Source of the DNA: Polyangiales bacterium
GTDB lineage: Bacteria; Myxococcota_A; Polyangia; Polyangiales; Polyangiaceae
Direction: 5' to 3'
Assembly: GCA_038230915.1 (NCBI GenBank)
Contig: JBBRMI010000019.1
Coordinates: 3,444 to 67,443 of the forward strand
DNA length: 64,000 nt
Shown in pieces: positions 40,401 to 49,936 of the stretch (positions are counted from its first letter, which is position 1; each line of letters starts with the position of its first letter). The notes beneath the pieces are model-generated. The model did no database searches and was not told the DNA's origin. It saw nothing but the letters and a program-made list of their open reading frames with translations. Made by a program: the position numbers and the translations under genes.

Positions 40401-40449
40401 CTTCTGGCGACGTGAATCGACGACGCATCGGTCCTCCCCGCTTCACGGC

Positions 40450-41883
40450 TCACTGCACGTGAACCATACCCATCATGCCGGCGTCGGCGTGGTCGAGAAT
40501 GTGGCAATGAAACATCCACATGCCGGGGCGCGCGTCGAAGTCGACGACGAAGCGCACAGTACCGTCGACCGGCACGTTGATCGTGTCGTGCCACTCGCGA
40601 ACCGCCGGCGCGATGCCGTTCACGTCGAGGACTTGGAAGAAGAAGCCGTGCAAGTGGAAGGGATGATCCCAGTCGAAGGTGTTCTTGATCGTCCACAGCT
40701 GCCGTTCACCCAACGGCGTCATGATGTGGTCGGCGTTCCACGACGGTACGCCGTTGATGCCCATCACCAGCTTACCGGCCTGATCCGTGTCGAGCGTGAG
40801 CGAAATGTCGATTGGGCGACGGCCATTCGCGTCGGGGTTGGGAATGTCACGGTGAAGCGCTGGGAGCGGGGCGGATTTTACGGCGTCGCCGCTGAAGCTC
40901 AGGTGCATCACGTCTTCGTCGGGGCGATTGTAAGACGTGCCAAAGCCGCGGTCGTACGCGACCCAACGCAGCGCAAGCTCGCTGGAGCCAGCCTCGGGTG
41001 TCGGTTCAACGAGCACGTCGGCGCGCTGCGCCGGCGTCAAGAGCAGAGTGTCCAAAGCTTGCGGTGCTTCGAGCATGCCGCCGTCCCCGCCGATTCGGGT
41101 GAAATGGTTGCCGGCGAGTGCCAGCTGGAAATAGCGTGCCTTTGCCGCATTGATCACGCGCCAGCGCTGCCGAACGCCACGGCGCACGTGCAACGTGGGT
41201 AGCAGCTTGCCATTGACGAGCATCAGGTTGCCTTCACGACCGAACAGCGTGCCGAGGGCGCCGCCGCCGTCGGCCGGCTCGAGGACCCCGTTGGCGTCGA
41301 GCCCCAAATCGCTGAGCACGATCACGGCTTCGTCGCCCAAGCCCTTGGGCTCTTGCGGATCATCCACGACAATCGGTCCAAACAGGCCGTTGCCCAGCTG
41401 CTCTGCCGACGCGTAGTGCGGGTGGTACCAATACGTACCGGCGTCGGGCAACACGAAGTCGTAGTCGAACGTCGCTCCGGGCGCGACGGGCGCGTACGGT
41501 TTCTCGGGCACGCCATCCATGTCGTTGGGGATGCGCAGGCCGTGCCAGTGAATCGACGTGGGCTCGGGCAAGGAGTTCTTGAAGTGGACGATCAGGCGAT
41601 CACCCACTTGGGCGCGGAGCAACGGTCCGGGCATGCCACCGTTGTAAGTCCAGAGCATCGTCTGCTTGCCCGGGATGAGCTCCACGTTGGACAGTCGCGC
41701 CTCGATGTTCACCTCGAGGATGTGCGGATCGGCGTTCAGGTCGGTGGCGACAGGCAGCGCGACTTCGTCGGTCCACCCTTCGGGCTCCGCCGTGGGGCGT
41801 GACGGGTCGGGCGCGCCGCAGGCAGCCGCTAGCACCGCGACGATCAGGCATCCAAGTCGTGTCGCGTGCGGCGTGTGCGGCAT
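40450..41883 (-). CDS. Multicopper oxidase, lipoprotein
   Basis: 'HWHG', 'YWYHPH', 'HPFHLHG', 'HCHILDHADAGMM'; 'LAAAC' lipobox. Confidence 0.93.
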   Translation of the reverse strand: MPHTPHATRLGCLIVAVLAAACGAPDPSRPTAEPEGWTDEVALPVATDLNADPHILEVNIEARLSNVELIPGKQTMLWTYNGGMPGPLLRAQVGDRLIVHFKNSLPEPTSIHWHGLRIPNDMDGVPEKPYAPVAPGATFDYDFVLPDAGTYWYHPHYASAEQLGNGLFGPIVVDDPQEPKGLGDEAVIVLSDLGLDANGVLEPADGGGALGTLFGREGNLMLVNGKLLPTLHVRRGVRQRWRVINAAKARYFQLALAGNHFTRIGGDGGMLEAPQALDTLLLTPAQRADVLVEPTPEAGSSELALRWVAYDRGFGTSYNRPDEDVMHLSFSGDAVKSAPLPALHRDIPNPDANGRRPIDISLTLDTDQAGKLVMGINGVPSWNADHIMTPLGERQLWTIKNTFDWDHPFHLHGFFFQVLDVNGIAPAVREWHDTINVPVDGTVRFVVDFDARPGMWMFHCHILDHADAGMMGMVHVQ

Positions 41884-41895
41884 TCGCCGGGGCGT

Positions 41896-42059
41896 TGCAA
41901 CGGCCATACCGGCTCGAGAACCGCGCTTTCGTGCGAGTACCACAACGCCGCGCGCAGTTCTTGCGGGCTGGCCGGCGCAAGGCCTGCGCGCGTTTCAGGC
42001 CTGCGGCGTTTGCGAACGGTAGGCGAGATAGGCGAGATAGCGCCGGCACGCGCGTTGCA
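41896..42059. promoter_or_regulatory. Divergent sigma54 promoters (multicopper oxidase / ppdK) sharing two palindromes
   Basis: CGGTATGGCCGTTGCA (minus, 41896-41911); GCGCAGTTCTTGCGG (41952-41966); GCGCAAGGCCTGCGC (41975-41989); CGGCACGCGCGTTGCA (plus, 42044-42059). Confidence 0.7.
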
Positions 42060-42121
42060 ACACAAACTCGGTTTTGGGACCGGATTGTGAGTGAACACTT
42101 CGCGGTCGGAGCACGAAGACA

Positions 42122-44854
42122 ATGAGCCGAAAACGCATCTACACGTTTCAACCCGGTGCGGCAGAAGGCCGCGCGGCGTTCCGAGAGCTGCTCGGCGGCA
42201 AGGGCGCGAACTTGGCCGAGATGGCGAGCATGGGCATCCCGGTGCCCCCCGGGTTCACGATCACGACCGAGATGTGCGTCGACTACTTGAAAACGGGGCA
42301 AGTGCCGACGGGACTTCTGAAGGAGGTGCGAGCGGCCATCGGTTGGCTCGAGCGGCTGACCGGCAAGACCTTCGGCGGGGCGGAAAATCCGCTACTGGTG
42401 AGCGTTCGCTCCGGCGCCCAGAGCTCGATGCCGGGGATGATGGACACGATTCTCGACCTCGGGTTGAACGAACGCACCGTGGTGGCGCTGGCCCGCCAGA
42501 GTCGCTCGGAGCGCTTTGCGCAAGATGCTCATCGCCGATTTTTGGCGATGTTCGGCAATGTCGTGCTGGGCCTCGCGCACGAGCCGTTCGAACAAGTGCT
42601 CCACGAGGCGCGCCGCAGCTACGCCGAACGGCATCGCATTGCCATCGATCCCGACGAGGAGACGATGGCGCGACGCGTGCCCGACTCGCTGCTGGAGGCG
42701 GAGCAGCTTGGAACGGTGGTGCGCGCGTACCAGCGCATCATCGAGCAAGCTTCGCCGAATGGCCTGCCGACGGACCCGTATGTCCAGCTGGAGGCGGCGA
42801 TCGTGGCCGTGTTCGAGAGCTGGAAGAACCCCCGCGCTCAGCTCTACCGGCAGATGCACCACGTTCCCGATGAATGGGGCACGGCCGTGAACGTACAGGC
42901 GATGGTTTTCGGAAATCTGGGAGACAGTAGCGCCACGGGCGTGGCGTTCACCCGCGATCCGAGCACGGGCGAGCGGCGCTTTTTCGGCGAGTGGCTACCC
43001 AACGCCCAGGGAGAAGATGTGGTCGCAGGGGTTCGAACGCCGCGACCCTTGGCGAAGAGCGACGAGACGCGCGGCACGAGCCTCGAGGAGGCGATGCCCG
43101 AGCGGTACCGAGAGTTGTTCGACATTCAAGCCAAGCTCGAAGACCACTTTCGCGACATGCAAGACATCGAGTTCACCATCGAAGACGGTAAGTTGTATGT
43201 GCTCCAGACGCGCAACGGCAAGCGTTCGGCGCGCGCCAGCGTACGGATTGCCGTCGAAATGGTGGGAGAGGGCTTGCTGACTCCCAACGAAGCCATTCTG
43301 CGCGTCGCCCCCGAGCGCATCGAGGAGTTGCTGTTTCCGACCATTGATCCCGACGCCAAAGTCACGCCGCTGGCCACCGGGCTCGCCGCATCGCCGGGAG
43401 CTGTCACGGGACAGCTCGTGTTCAACGCCGACGATGCTCAACGCCAGGCCGAGCAAGGCCACGCGGTGATCCTGGTGCGCGTGGAGACCTCGCCCGAGGA
43501 TTTACACGGTATGCGCGCGGCGAAGGGGATTCTCACCGCTCGCGGCGGCGCGACCAGCCACGCGGCGGTCGTCGCGCGAGGCATGGGACGTGCGTGTGTG
43601 GTGGGCTGCGCCGCGCTCAGCGTGAACTACGCGGCCGGTCTACTCGAGATTCACGCCAAAGACGGCTCGCTGGCTGCCACGTTGAAGCAAGGCGACTTGG
43701 TCACGCTCGACGGCTCGAGCGGGCATGTGTTTGCGGGCGCGGTGCCTACAATCGACGCCGAGCTGTCGGCCGAGATGGGCACGCTGTTGGGCTGGACCGA
43801 CCGCGTACGCCGCCTCGGGGTGCGAGCCAACGCTGACACGCCGCAGCAGGCCGAGAAGGCGCTGGCCTTCGGCGCCGAGGGTATCGGGCTGTGTCGCACG
43901 GAGCACATGTTCTTCGACGACGAGCGCATCCTGGCGGTGCGCGAGATGATCCTGGCCAGGACCTCGGAGGCGCGTCAGGGCGCGCTCGCCAAGATCCTAC
44001 CGTTCCAGGTCGGCGATTTCACGGCGATGTTCCGGGTCATGAACGGACGCCCGGTGACGATTCGGCTACTCGACCCACCGCTGCACGAGTTCTTGCCGAA
44101 GGAGCCGGCGCAACTCGAAGAATTAGCGCGTGTCTTGGGCCTCAGCGCGGCCGAAGTACGACGCCGGATCGACGAGCTGCACGAGTTCAATCCGATGCTC
44201 GGTCACCGTGGGGTGCGCCTTGCAATTTCGTATCCCGAGATTCCGGAGATGCAAGTGCGCGCCATCTTGCGCGCGGCGTGCGAGGTGACGCGAGAGGGCA
44301 AGCACGTCAAACCCGAGATCATGATCCCGCTCACGCTAGGCGCGCCCGAGCTGGTATCGATGCGTGCTGTCGTCGACCGCGTGGCGCGGGAGGTGTTTGC
44401 GGAGGCGGGGCTCGACGTGCCGTTCGCGTACGGCACCATGATCGAGCTGCCACGAGCCGCGCTGTTGGCGAACGAGCTCGCGGAGCATGCTGAGTTCTTC
44501 TCGTTTGGCACCAACGATTTGACCCAAACCACGCTCGGTCTCTCACGCGACGACGCTGGCAGCTTTCTACCAGCCTACGTCGCGCAGCACCTGCTGCCGG
44601 GCGATCCGTTCGTGTCACTCGATCGCTCGGGCGTCGGTGAGCTCGTGCGGATCGCGGTCGAAAAGGGCAGTCTTGCCCGGCCGGACATGCACTTCGGGCT
44701 GTGCGGCGAGCACGGGGGTGACCCGGCTTCGATCGATTTCTGCGAGACGGTCGGCCTGAGCTATGTGTCGTGCTCACCGTTTCGGGTACCGATCGCCCGC
44801 GTGGCAGCCGCTCAAGCGGCCCTACGGCATGGCCGTCGGGCCAGACCGAGTTGA
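42122..44854 (+). CDS. ppdK: Pyruvate phosphate dikinase
   Basis: 'LLGGKGANLAEM', 'LLVSVRSGA', 'GGATSHAAVVARG', 'GIGLCRTEHMF', 'FSFGTNDLTQ'. Confidence 0.97.
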   Translation: MSRKRIYTFQPGAAEGRAAFRELLGGKGANLAEMASMGIPVPPGFTITTEMCVDYLKTGQVPTGLLKEVRAAIGWLERLTGKTFGGAENPLLVSVRSGAQSSMPGMMDTILDLGLNERTVVALARQSRSERFAQDAHRRFLAMFGNVVLGLAHEPFEQVLHEARRSYAERHRIAIDPDEETMARRVPDSLLEAEQLGTVVRAYQRIIEQASPNGLPTDPYVQLEAAIVAVFESWKNPRAQLYRQMHHVPDEWGTAVNVQAMVFGNLGDSSATGVAFTRDPSTGERRFFGEWLPNAQGEDVVAGVRTPRPLAKSDETRGTSLEEAMPERYRELFDIQAKLEDHFRDMQDIEFTIEDGKLYVLQTRNGKRSARASVRIAVEMVGEGLLTPNEAILRVAPERIEELLFPTIDPDAKVTPLATGLAASPGAVTGQLVFNADDAQRQAEQGHAVILVRVETSPEDLHGMRAAKGILTARGGATSHAAVVARGMGRACVVGCAALSVNYAAGLLEIHAKDGSLAATLKQGDLVTLDGSSGHVFAGAVPTIDAELSAEMGTLLGWTDRVRRLGVRANADTPQQAEKALAFGAEGIGLCRTEHMFFDDERILAVREMILARTSEARQGALAKILPFQVGDFTAMFRVMNGRPVTIRLLDPPLHEFLPKEPAQLEELARVLGLSAAEVRRRIDELHEFNPMLGHRGVRLAISYPEIPEMQVRAILRAACEVTREGKHVKPEIMIPLTLGAPELVSMRAVVDRVAREVFAEAGLDVPFAYGTMIELPRAALLANELAEHAEFFSFGTNDLTQTTLGLSRDDAGSFLPAYVAQHLLPGDPFVSLDRSGVGELVRIAVEKGSLARPDMHFGLCGEHGGDPASIDFCETVGLSYVSCSPFRVPIARVAAAQAALRHGRRARPS

Positions 44855-44916
44855 GTGCACCGTCGTTTTTGGCGTCATTGACACGGCTATTTCCTGGCTT
44901 TCGCTTCGGCTGATTT

Positions 44917-46740
44917 TTGGACCTAAAGAGGCTCAATTTGACGATTATACCTTCGAACGAACGAGTCGCGCGGCTTCGCTCGAGCCTTCAGGCGCTGGTC
45001 GGTACTGGCGAAGACGAAGAGCTCTCGCGGAAATCGGCGATCGATGCGGTGTTACCCCAGCACCGCCAGAGCGCCGTCAATCTTGCGCACTACCTCGGGC
45101 TGCGTCGCCAGGACGTTCATCAGGTACAGCTCGAGCTGGCTGCGGTCGGGCTCTCGTCGTTGGGGCGCTGTGAAGGGCACGTGCGCGACACCTTGCGGCG
45201 CCTGGAAGCGTGGCTTGCCGGTGACCGAGACACCGCCATGTCTGCCCCGTCGAAGGACGCGCTCGACTCAGACAAGGCCGAGTCAATCTTGCACCAGAAC
45301 ACTCGTGACCTATTCGGCCCCCGCCCTGAGAACCGCCATGTGTACATCATGGTCACGGCGCCCGACGCGGCCGAGGTCACACCAAGCTGGGCGGATTCGC
45401 TGCTTAAGGCTGGCACGGACGTTTTGCGCATCAATGGCGCTCACGAGTCACCAAGAGAGTGGACCGCCATCGCCTCGACTTTCAAGCGGCGAGCAGCGGC
45501 TCTCGGCAAGCCGGGCCGAGTCATCGTCGATCTGCCAGGACCCAAACTGCGCGCCGATATCTCCGGCACAGAGCCAACGGTGTTGCATTTGCCACGCAAC
45601 AAGGATCGGCGAGGCCGCACGCTCGCCCCCACGACGTTGCAACTCGTGGCACAGTTCCAAAGCGGCTCTCAAGTTCCCATCCCTCGAGAATGGCTGTCGC
45701 GCCTCCAGACCGGCGACGCATTGCAGCTCGTCGACTCGGGAGGGCGCAAGCGTCGGCTGATCGTCAAGAAAGCGGGCGCGGACAGCGCGGAAGCGACGTG
45801 CGACCGCTCGCTCTACCTGGCAGCGGGGCTGCCGCTTGGCTGGCTTAGAGGCGAAAAGTTGATGGGAGAGGGACGCGTGGGGCCCATTCCGGAGCAGCCG
45901 AGCCGGATCCTCCTCGCCGTGGGAGACAGGTTCGCCATCAGTGGTGATGGTCGGCAGGTCGATTCGGCGCTGCCGACACTGATGTGCCCCGAGCCACAAC
46001 TGCTGACGCAGGTGAAGGTTGGAGACCGCGTCGTGCTCGATGACGGCAAACTGGTTGCGGTCGTCGAGGTCGCGCAGCCTGACGGGTTGGCTTGTCGCGT
46101 TCAGCGCGCCCTCAAGTCGCCGACGCGTCTTCGCTCTGGCAAGGGCGTCGCCTTTCCTGATAGCGAGCTCGGCCTCGGAAAGCTGAGCGAGCAGGACGAG
46201 GCCGCGCTCGGCTTCGCGCTGGCGTTCGCGGATGGTGTGGAAGTGTCCTTCGTGAGCTCGGCGAGCGACGTGGCCCTGATCGGCGAACGCATCAAGCGCG
46301 CCGAAAAGCCCGGCTTCGGCATGATCCTCAAGCTGGAGACGCGTGGGGCGACGCAGAACCTGCCGGCCATCTTGTTCGAGGCGCTGAAGTATCACCCAGT
46401 CGGACTGATGATCGCGCGCGGAGATCTGGCCGTCGAGCTGAGCTTCGAACGGCTGGCGGAGATGCAGGAGGAGCTGTTGTGGTTCGGCGAGGCGTGCCAC
46501 CTGCCCGTGGTTTGGGCTACCCAGGTGCTGGACAGCGTTGCCCATTCGGGGCTCCCGACGCGAGCCGAGATGACCGACGCTGCCATGTCGATGCGCGCCG
46601 AATGCGTGATGCTGAACAAGGGCCCCTACATCGCCGACGCGGCCCGCATGCTCGCCGACGTGATCCACAAGATGGAAGCCCACCAGTACAAGAAGCGCTC
46701 ACTTTACCGCAAACTCTCGTTGGCCAAGCGTCAGGCGTAG
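44917..46740 (+). CDS. pyk: Pyruvate kinase (long form with N-terminal extension)
   Basis: 'RINGAH', 'DLPGPKLR', 'LKLET', 'MIARGDLAVE', 'WATQVL', 'AECVMLNKG'; start uncertain. Confidence 0.88.
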   Translation: MDLKRLNLTIIPSNERVARLRSSLQALVGTGEDEELSRKSAIDAVLPQHRQSAVNLAHYLGLRRQDVHQVQLELAAVGLSSLGRCEGHVRDTLRRLEAWLAGDRDTAMSAPSKDALDSDKAESILHQNTRDLFGPRPENRHVYIMVTAPDAAEVTPSWADSLLKAGTDVLRINGAHESPREWTAIASTFKRRAAALGKPGRVIVDLPGPKLRADISGTEPTVLHLPRNKDRRGRTLAPTTLQLVAQFQSGSQVPIPREWLSRLQTGDALQLVDSGGRKRRLIVKKAGADSAEATCDRSLYLAAGLPLGWLRGEKLMGEGRVGPIPEQPSRILLAVGDRFAISGDGRQVDSALPTLMCPEPQLLTQVKVGDRVVLDDGKLVAVVEVAQPDGLACRVQRALKSPTRLRSGKGVAFPDSELGLGKLSEQDEAALGFALAFADGVEVSFVSSASDVALIGERIKRAEKPGFGMILKLETRGATQNLPAILFEALKYHPVGLMIARGDLAVELSFERLAEMQEELLWFGEACHLPVVWATQVLDSVAHSGLPTRAEMTDAAMSMRAECVMLNKGPYIADAARMLADVIHKMEAHQYKKRSLYRKLSLAKRQA

Positions 46741-46775
46741 CCGCTATTCACGAAACGCTGTTGGAGGAACGAACC

Positions 46776-47522
46776 ATGCTCGAAACACTCAATGATCTGC
46801 CGCCTGGAGTCGACGGGCTCAAAGCCATCGGCAAAGTAACGAAGAGCGACTACGAAACCACCTTCGAGCCGCTCATCGATGCTGCACGCCGTGACGGGCG
46901 TCGCCTGCGATTCCTGTACCAGTTGGGCCCGGAGTTCGAGGGCGTCACGGCCGGGGCGGTGTGGGAGGACGTCCGCGTGGGCCTTCACTCGCTGCGGCTG
47001 TTCGAGGGTTGTGCGATCGTCAGTGACAGCGCCTGGATCAGCGACTTCGCGCACGTCGCTGCCATCATGATGCCATGCCCCATACGGGTCTTCGGCAATC
47101 AAGCCTACGGCGAGGCCGCGCAATGGCTTGCGTCGCTGCCGAAACGGGACGCAAACATCGCTTACTACCTGGTCCCACAGCTTGAGGTGATGGTGGTCGA
47201 GGTCAAGGGCCCCTTGCGGGCACGGGACTTCGAGGAATTGACTCTCACTGCCGACGCCTGGATTGAAGCTCGTGGTGAGCTGCACGGCCTGATCATTCGG
47301 GCTCCAGAATTTCCAGGCTGGGAGAACTTTCAGGGCTTTCTCCGACACATCCGTTTCGTCAAGGACCACCACCGGGAGGTGCACCGTATCGCGCTGGTGA
47401 CCGACTCCAAGCTGGCGAGCTGGGCACCGTACTTGGCGGACCATTTCGTGAAGGCGGAGCTCAAGACTTTTGGCTACGAACAACTCGACGTGGCGACGGC
47501 GTGGACGGCGGAGCGCGCCTGA
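46776..47522 (+). CDS. Tandem STAS/SEC14 (SpoIIAA-like) domain protein
   Basis: Two repeats, 'GKVTKSDYE...AVWED' and 'GPLRARDFE...FPGWEN'; GGAGG RBS. Confidence 0.8.
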   Translation: MLETLNDLPPGVDGLKAIGKVTKSDYETTFEPLIDAARRDGRRLRFLYQLGPEFEGVTAGAVWEDVRVGLHSLRLFEGCAIVSDSAWISDFAHVAAIMMPCPIRVFGNQAYGEAAQWLASLPKRDANIAYYLVPQLEVMVVEVKGPLRARDFEELTLTADAWIEARGELHGLIIRAPEFPGWENFQGFLRHIRFVKDHHREVHRIALVTDSKLASWAPYLADHFVKAELKTFGYEQLDVATAWTAERA

Positions 47523-47535
47523 GTCACGCCGAGCT

Positions 47536-47958
47536 TTAGAGGCCAAGGCGCGTAACCATGTCGCTGGCCTTCATGGCACCGCTCACCCGTTTCGTCTCGT
47601 GGCCACCGCGGAAGGCGATCAGCGTCGGGATGCTGCGAATGCCAAATCGCGCGCTGATTTCAGGTTGGGCATCGGTGTCGACCTTCGCGATGATCACCCG
47701 GCCGGCTCGGCTGGTCGCGAGCTTTTCGAGCTCGGGGGCGACGGCGCGGCACGGACCGCACCACGCCGCCCAAAAATCCACCACGACCGGCGCCTTCGCG
47801 TCGCGGATCAACTCCTCGAAGTCATCGACGCTGCAAACCGCGACGGGTCGCGCAAGTGGCAGCAGCCCCGCTTTGCAAGCCGCGCAGCGTGCCTTGTCGA
47901 GCAGCCGCGCCGCGGGAAGGCGATTCTCTCGAGCGCACGCGCCGCAAGTGACGTTCAC
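47536..47958 (-). CDS. trxC: Thioredoxin with N-terminal Zn-finger (TrxC-like), copy 1
   Basis: CGAC/CAAC Zn-finger plus 'DFWAAWCGPC'. Confidence 0.9.
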   Translation of the reverse strand: MNVTCGACARENRLPAARLLDKARCAACKAGLLPLARPVAVCSVDDFEELIRDAKAPVVVDFWAAWCGPCRAVAPELEKLATSRAGRVIIAKVDTDAQPEISARFGIRSIPTLIAFRGGHETKRVSGAMKASDMVTRLGL

Positions 47959-48013
47959 CCCGACAGCTTGTGTCCGCCTAACGAGCTGTCAACCGGGCTC
48001 CGCTCGGAGCTCC

Positions 48014-48508
48014 CTAACCTGCGAGCTCCGAGCGGAGCCGCTCGACGACAGAGTGGACGAAGCGGTGTACGGACGCTTCTGCAATGCGATGCCCCACGAC
48101 CGCATCGAGCGCGCCACCCAGCACGCCCATCGGTGGGTCGTAGTGGCCACGGAGCTCGATCTGGGTTTCGGTGGCAGACAGCGGATACACGCTGAGCTCA
48201 GCCTTCAAGGCCGGGAACAGACCGGCCGACGCGGCGGCGTGCCACTCGAGCGGCATGCGCGTGATTCGCGAAAGGTCAGTGCTGCCCAATTTTTCTTCGC
48301 GAGCTTCACCCACCGCTATTTTGACGTCACGGCTCACCTGGAGACCCGCCAGCTCCACACTCAGCCCAGCGACCAAATCACCGCTGCGATCCTCGGCGAG
48401 CTTCGTCGCGCGTTGGAAAATGTTTTGGGCTTCCTTCTTCAGCGCGTCGCGAACCGGCTCGTAGGGTTGATTGACGTAGTCGAATGCTCGAATCTCGCGT
48501 TGGCTCAT
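48014..48508 (-). CDS. Hypothetical protein (possible SRPBCC-like fold)
   Basis: 'MSQREIRAFDYVNQPY...LFPALKAELSVYPL...GHYDPPMGVLGGALD'. Confidence 0.65.
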   Translation of the reverse strand: MSQREIRAFDYVNQPYEPVRDALKKEAQNIFQRATKLAEDRSGDLVAGLSVELAGLQVSRDVKIAVGEAREEKLGSTDLSRITRMPLEWHAAASAGLFPALKAELSVYPLSATETQIELRGHYDPPMGVLGGALDAVVGHRIAEASVHRFVHSVVERLRSELAG

Positions 48509-48881
48509 GGGACTGATTGTAGCCGCGGCTCGTGTGCCCGTGCACCTGAGTTCGTTCGCACGAGAAAGCAGGCTGCAAGCGCGCAGCTCTACCGCGTGTT
48601 TTGCGGGTGAGCCCCAGTTTCGCTGATGGCGGCACGGCGGAACCCGCCCCGCGCTGCACGCACGCGCAAACGCTAAGCGCTGCACGCCCGCGCCCCCGAA
48701 TTTACCCAGCACCGCTCCAGCAGCTTCTGCAAGAAGGCCGCATTTCGGCAGCCAGCAGAGCGGCTCAGCCCTCGCGATCTCGGGGTACGAGGACGACGGG
48801 GATCCGTGAGTGCTGCACGAGCTCTTGAGCTTGCGAGCCCAAGAGGAACCCGGCGGCTCCTGTCCGTCAAACCCGCTTTTC

Positions 48882-49451
48882 TCAGGCCAAACGCTGAGTC
48901 GCGACGGGGAGCCCGGCGTGCTTGCTCCAAGCCGTCAACGTTTGCTCCACCAGCTCCCCGACCCGCACAGCGGCGCCATGTCCCACATGCCGCTCGAGCA
49001 GCGCCAGTCGGGCTAGGGGCGGCGCGTCGAGGAGCGCCGCCATTTGTTCGAGCACTTCGTCTGCCCCTTGACCAGCACACGTCGCAAACAGCGCGACTTG
49101 CGGCAGGTGGTGGCGCCGCTGGATCAAAAAGCCGCGCACCGGGCTCGACAGCGCGCGGCTCCAGGTCGGACTCCCAATAAAGACGATGTCGTAAGCGGCG
49201 AGATCGTGCTTCAGCGGAAGTGGCTCGGACGCACGCCGGTACGTCCCTTCGTAGCCGGAGCGCAACCAGCCGAAAATGCCTTGGCGCGACCGCGTTTCAC
49301 GCAGCTCCTCGCAGTCGCCGCCGGTCGCGTGAGCGATCGCCTCGGCAACCCGTCGCGTAGTGCCGGTGCGGGAGAAGAAGAGGACCAGGATCTTGGGGCT
49401 GTGGGCGGCGTTCACGTGTTTCCGCGTCGGCATTTGCACGGTCTGGATCAC
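48882..49451 (-). CDS. Flavodoxin
   Basis: 'VLFFSRTGTTRRVAEAIA', 'YDIVFIGSPTW'. Confidence 0.85.
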   Translation of the reverse strand: MIQTVQMPTRKHVNAAHSPKILVLFFSRTGTTRRVAEAIAHATGGDCEELRETRSRQGIFGWLRSGYEGTYRRASEPLPLKHDLAAYDIVFIGSPTWSRALSSPVRGFLIQRRHHLPQVALFATCAGQGADEVLEQMAALLDAPPLARLALLERHVGHGAAVRVGELVEQTLTAWSKHAGLPVATQRLA

Positions 49452-49936
49452 GGTTCCACTCGGCTCCTGCCCGCAGACTCGAACAGGGATTTGCCGCGGC
49501 GAACCGCCGTGCCGAGCGCGTCTTTCAGCGTCGCGAAGACGCTGTGCGCGACCGCCACCGAGGCCTTGGCCCCTGCCAGACGGTAAAGCACCTCGTCCTC
49601 ATGCTGCGCGTGGCGCGTGAGAAGCTCGATCAGCTGCATGACAGCTGGTTTTCGCGCGGAATGCAGCTCGACGGCGATGCCTAGCTCCGCCACCAAGTCG
49701 CGAATGCGGGCGTGCTCGGCCCGGTTGCGCGCCACTTCGGCAGGGTGACTGGCCTCCAGCAGCGGCAGCAGGTACCGCTCCTCAGCGTCAATGTGCCGCA
49801 GCAAGCGTGCCTCGAGCGCTCCCCACGTGGCTTCGAGCTCGCCGCACTCTGGCGCTTCGACGTCCTCCGCCAAGCACTCGAGCAGCGCGTGCAGCTCCTC
49901 GTGGTCCTTGGCTAGTCGTGCGTGAACTTGATTCAT
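49448..49936 (-). CDS. Hemerythrin-domain protein
   Basis: 'DHEEL', 'HIDAEE', 'EHARI', 'HAQHEDEVLY'; preceded by CGGCACGCGCCTTGCA (minus, 49948-49963). Confidence 0.85.
   Translation of the reverse strand: MNQVHARLAKDHEELHALLECLAEDVEAPECGELEATWGALEARLLRHIDAEERYLLPLLEASHPAEVARNRAEHARIRDLVAELGIAVELHSARKPAVMQLIELLTRHAQHEDEVLYRLAGAKASVAVAHSVFATLKDALGTAVRRGKSLFESAGRSRVEP

Noticed and set aside
48520-48545. Sigma54 promoter for the 48014-48508 gene
   Set aside because: GGCAC is present but the -12 element is a poor match (CCGC), although a palindrome lies at 48592-48606.
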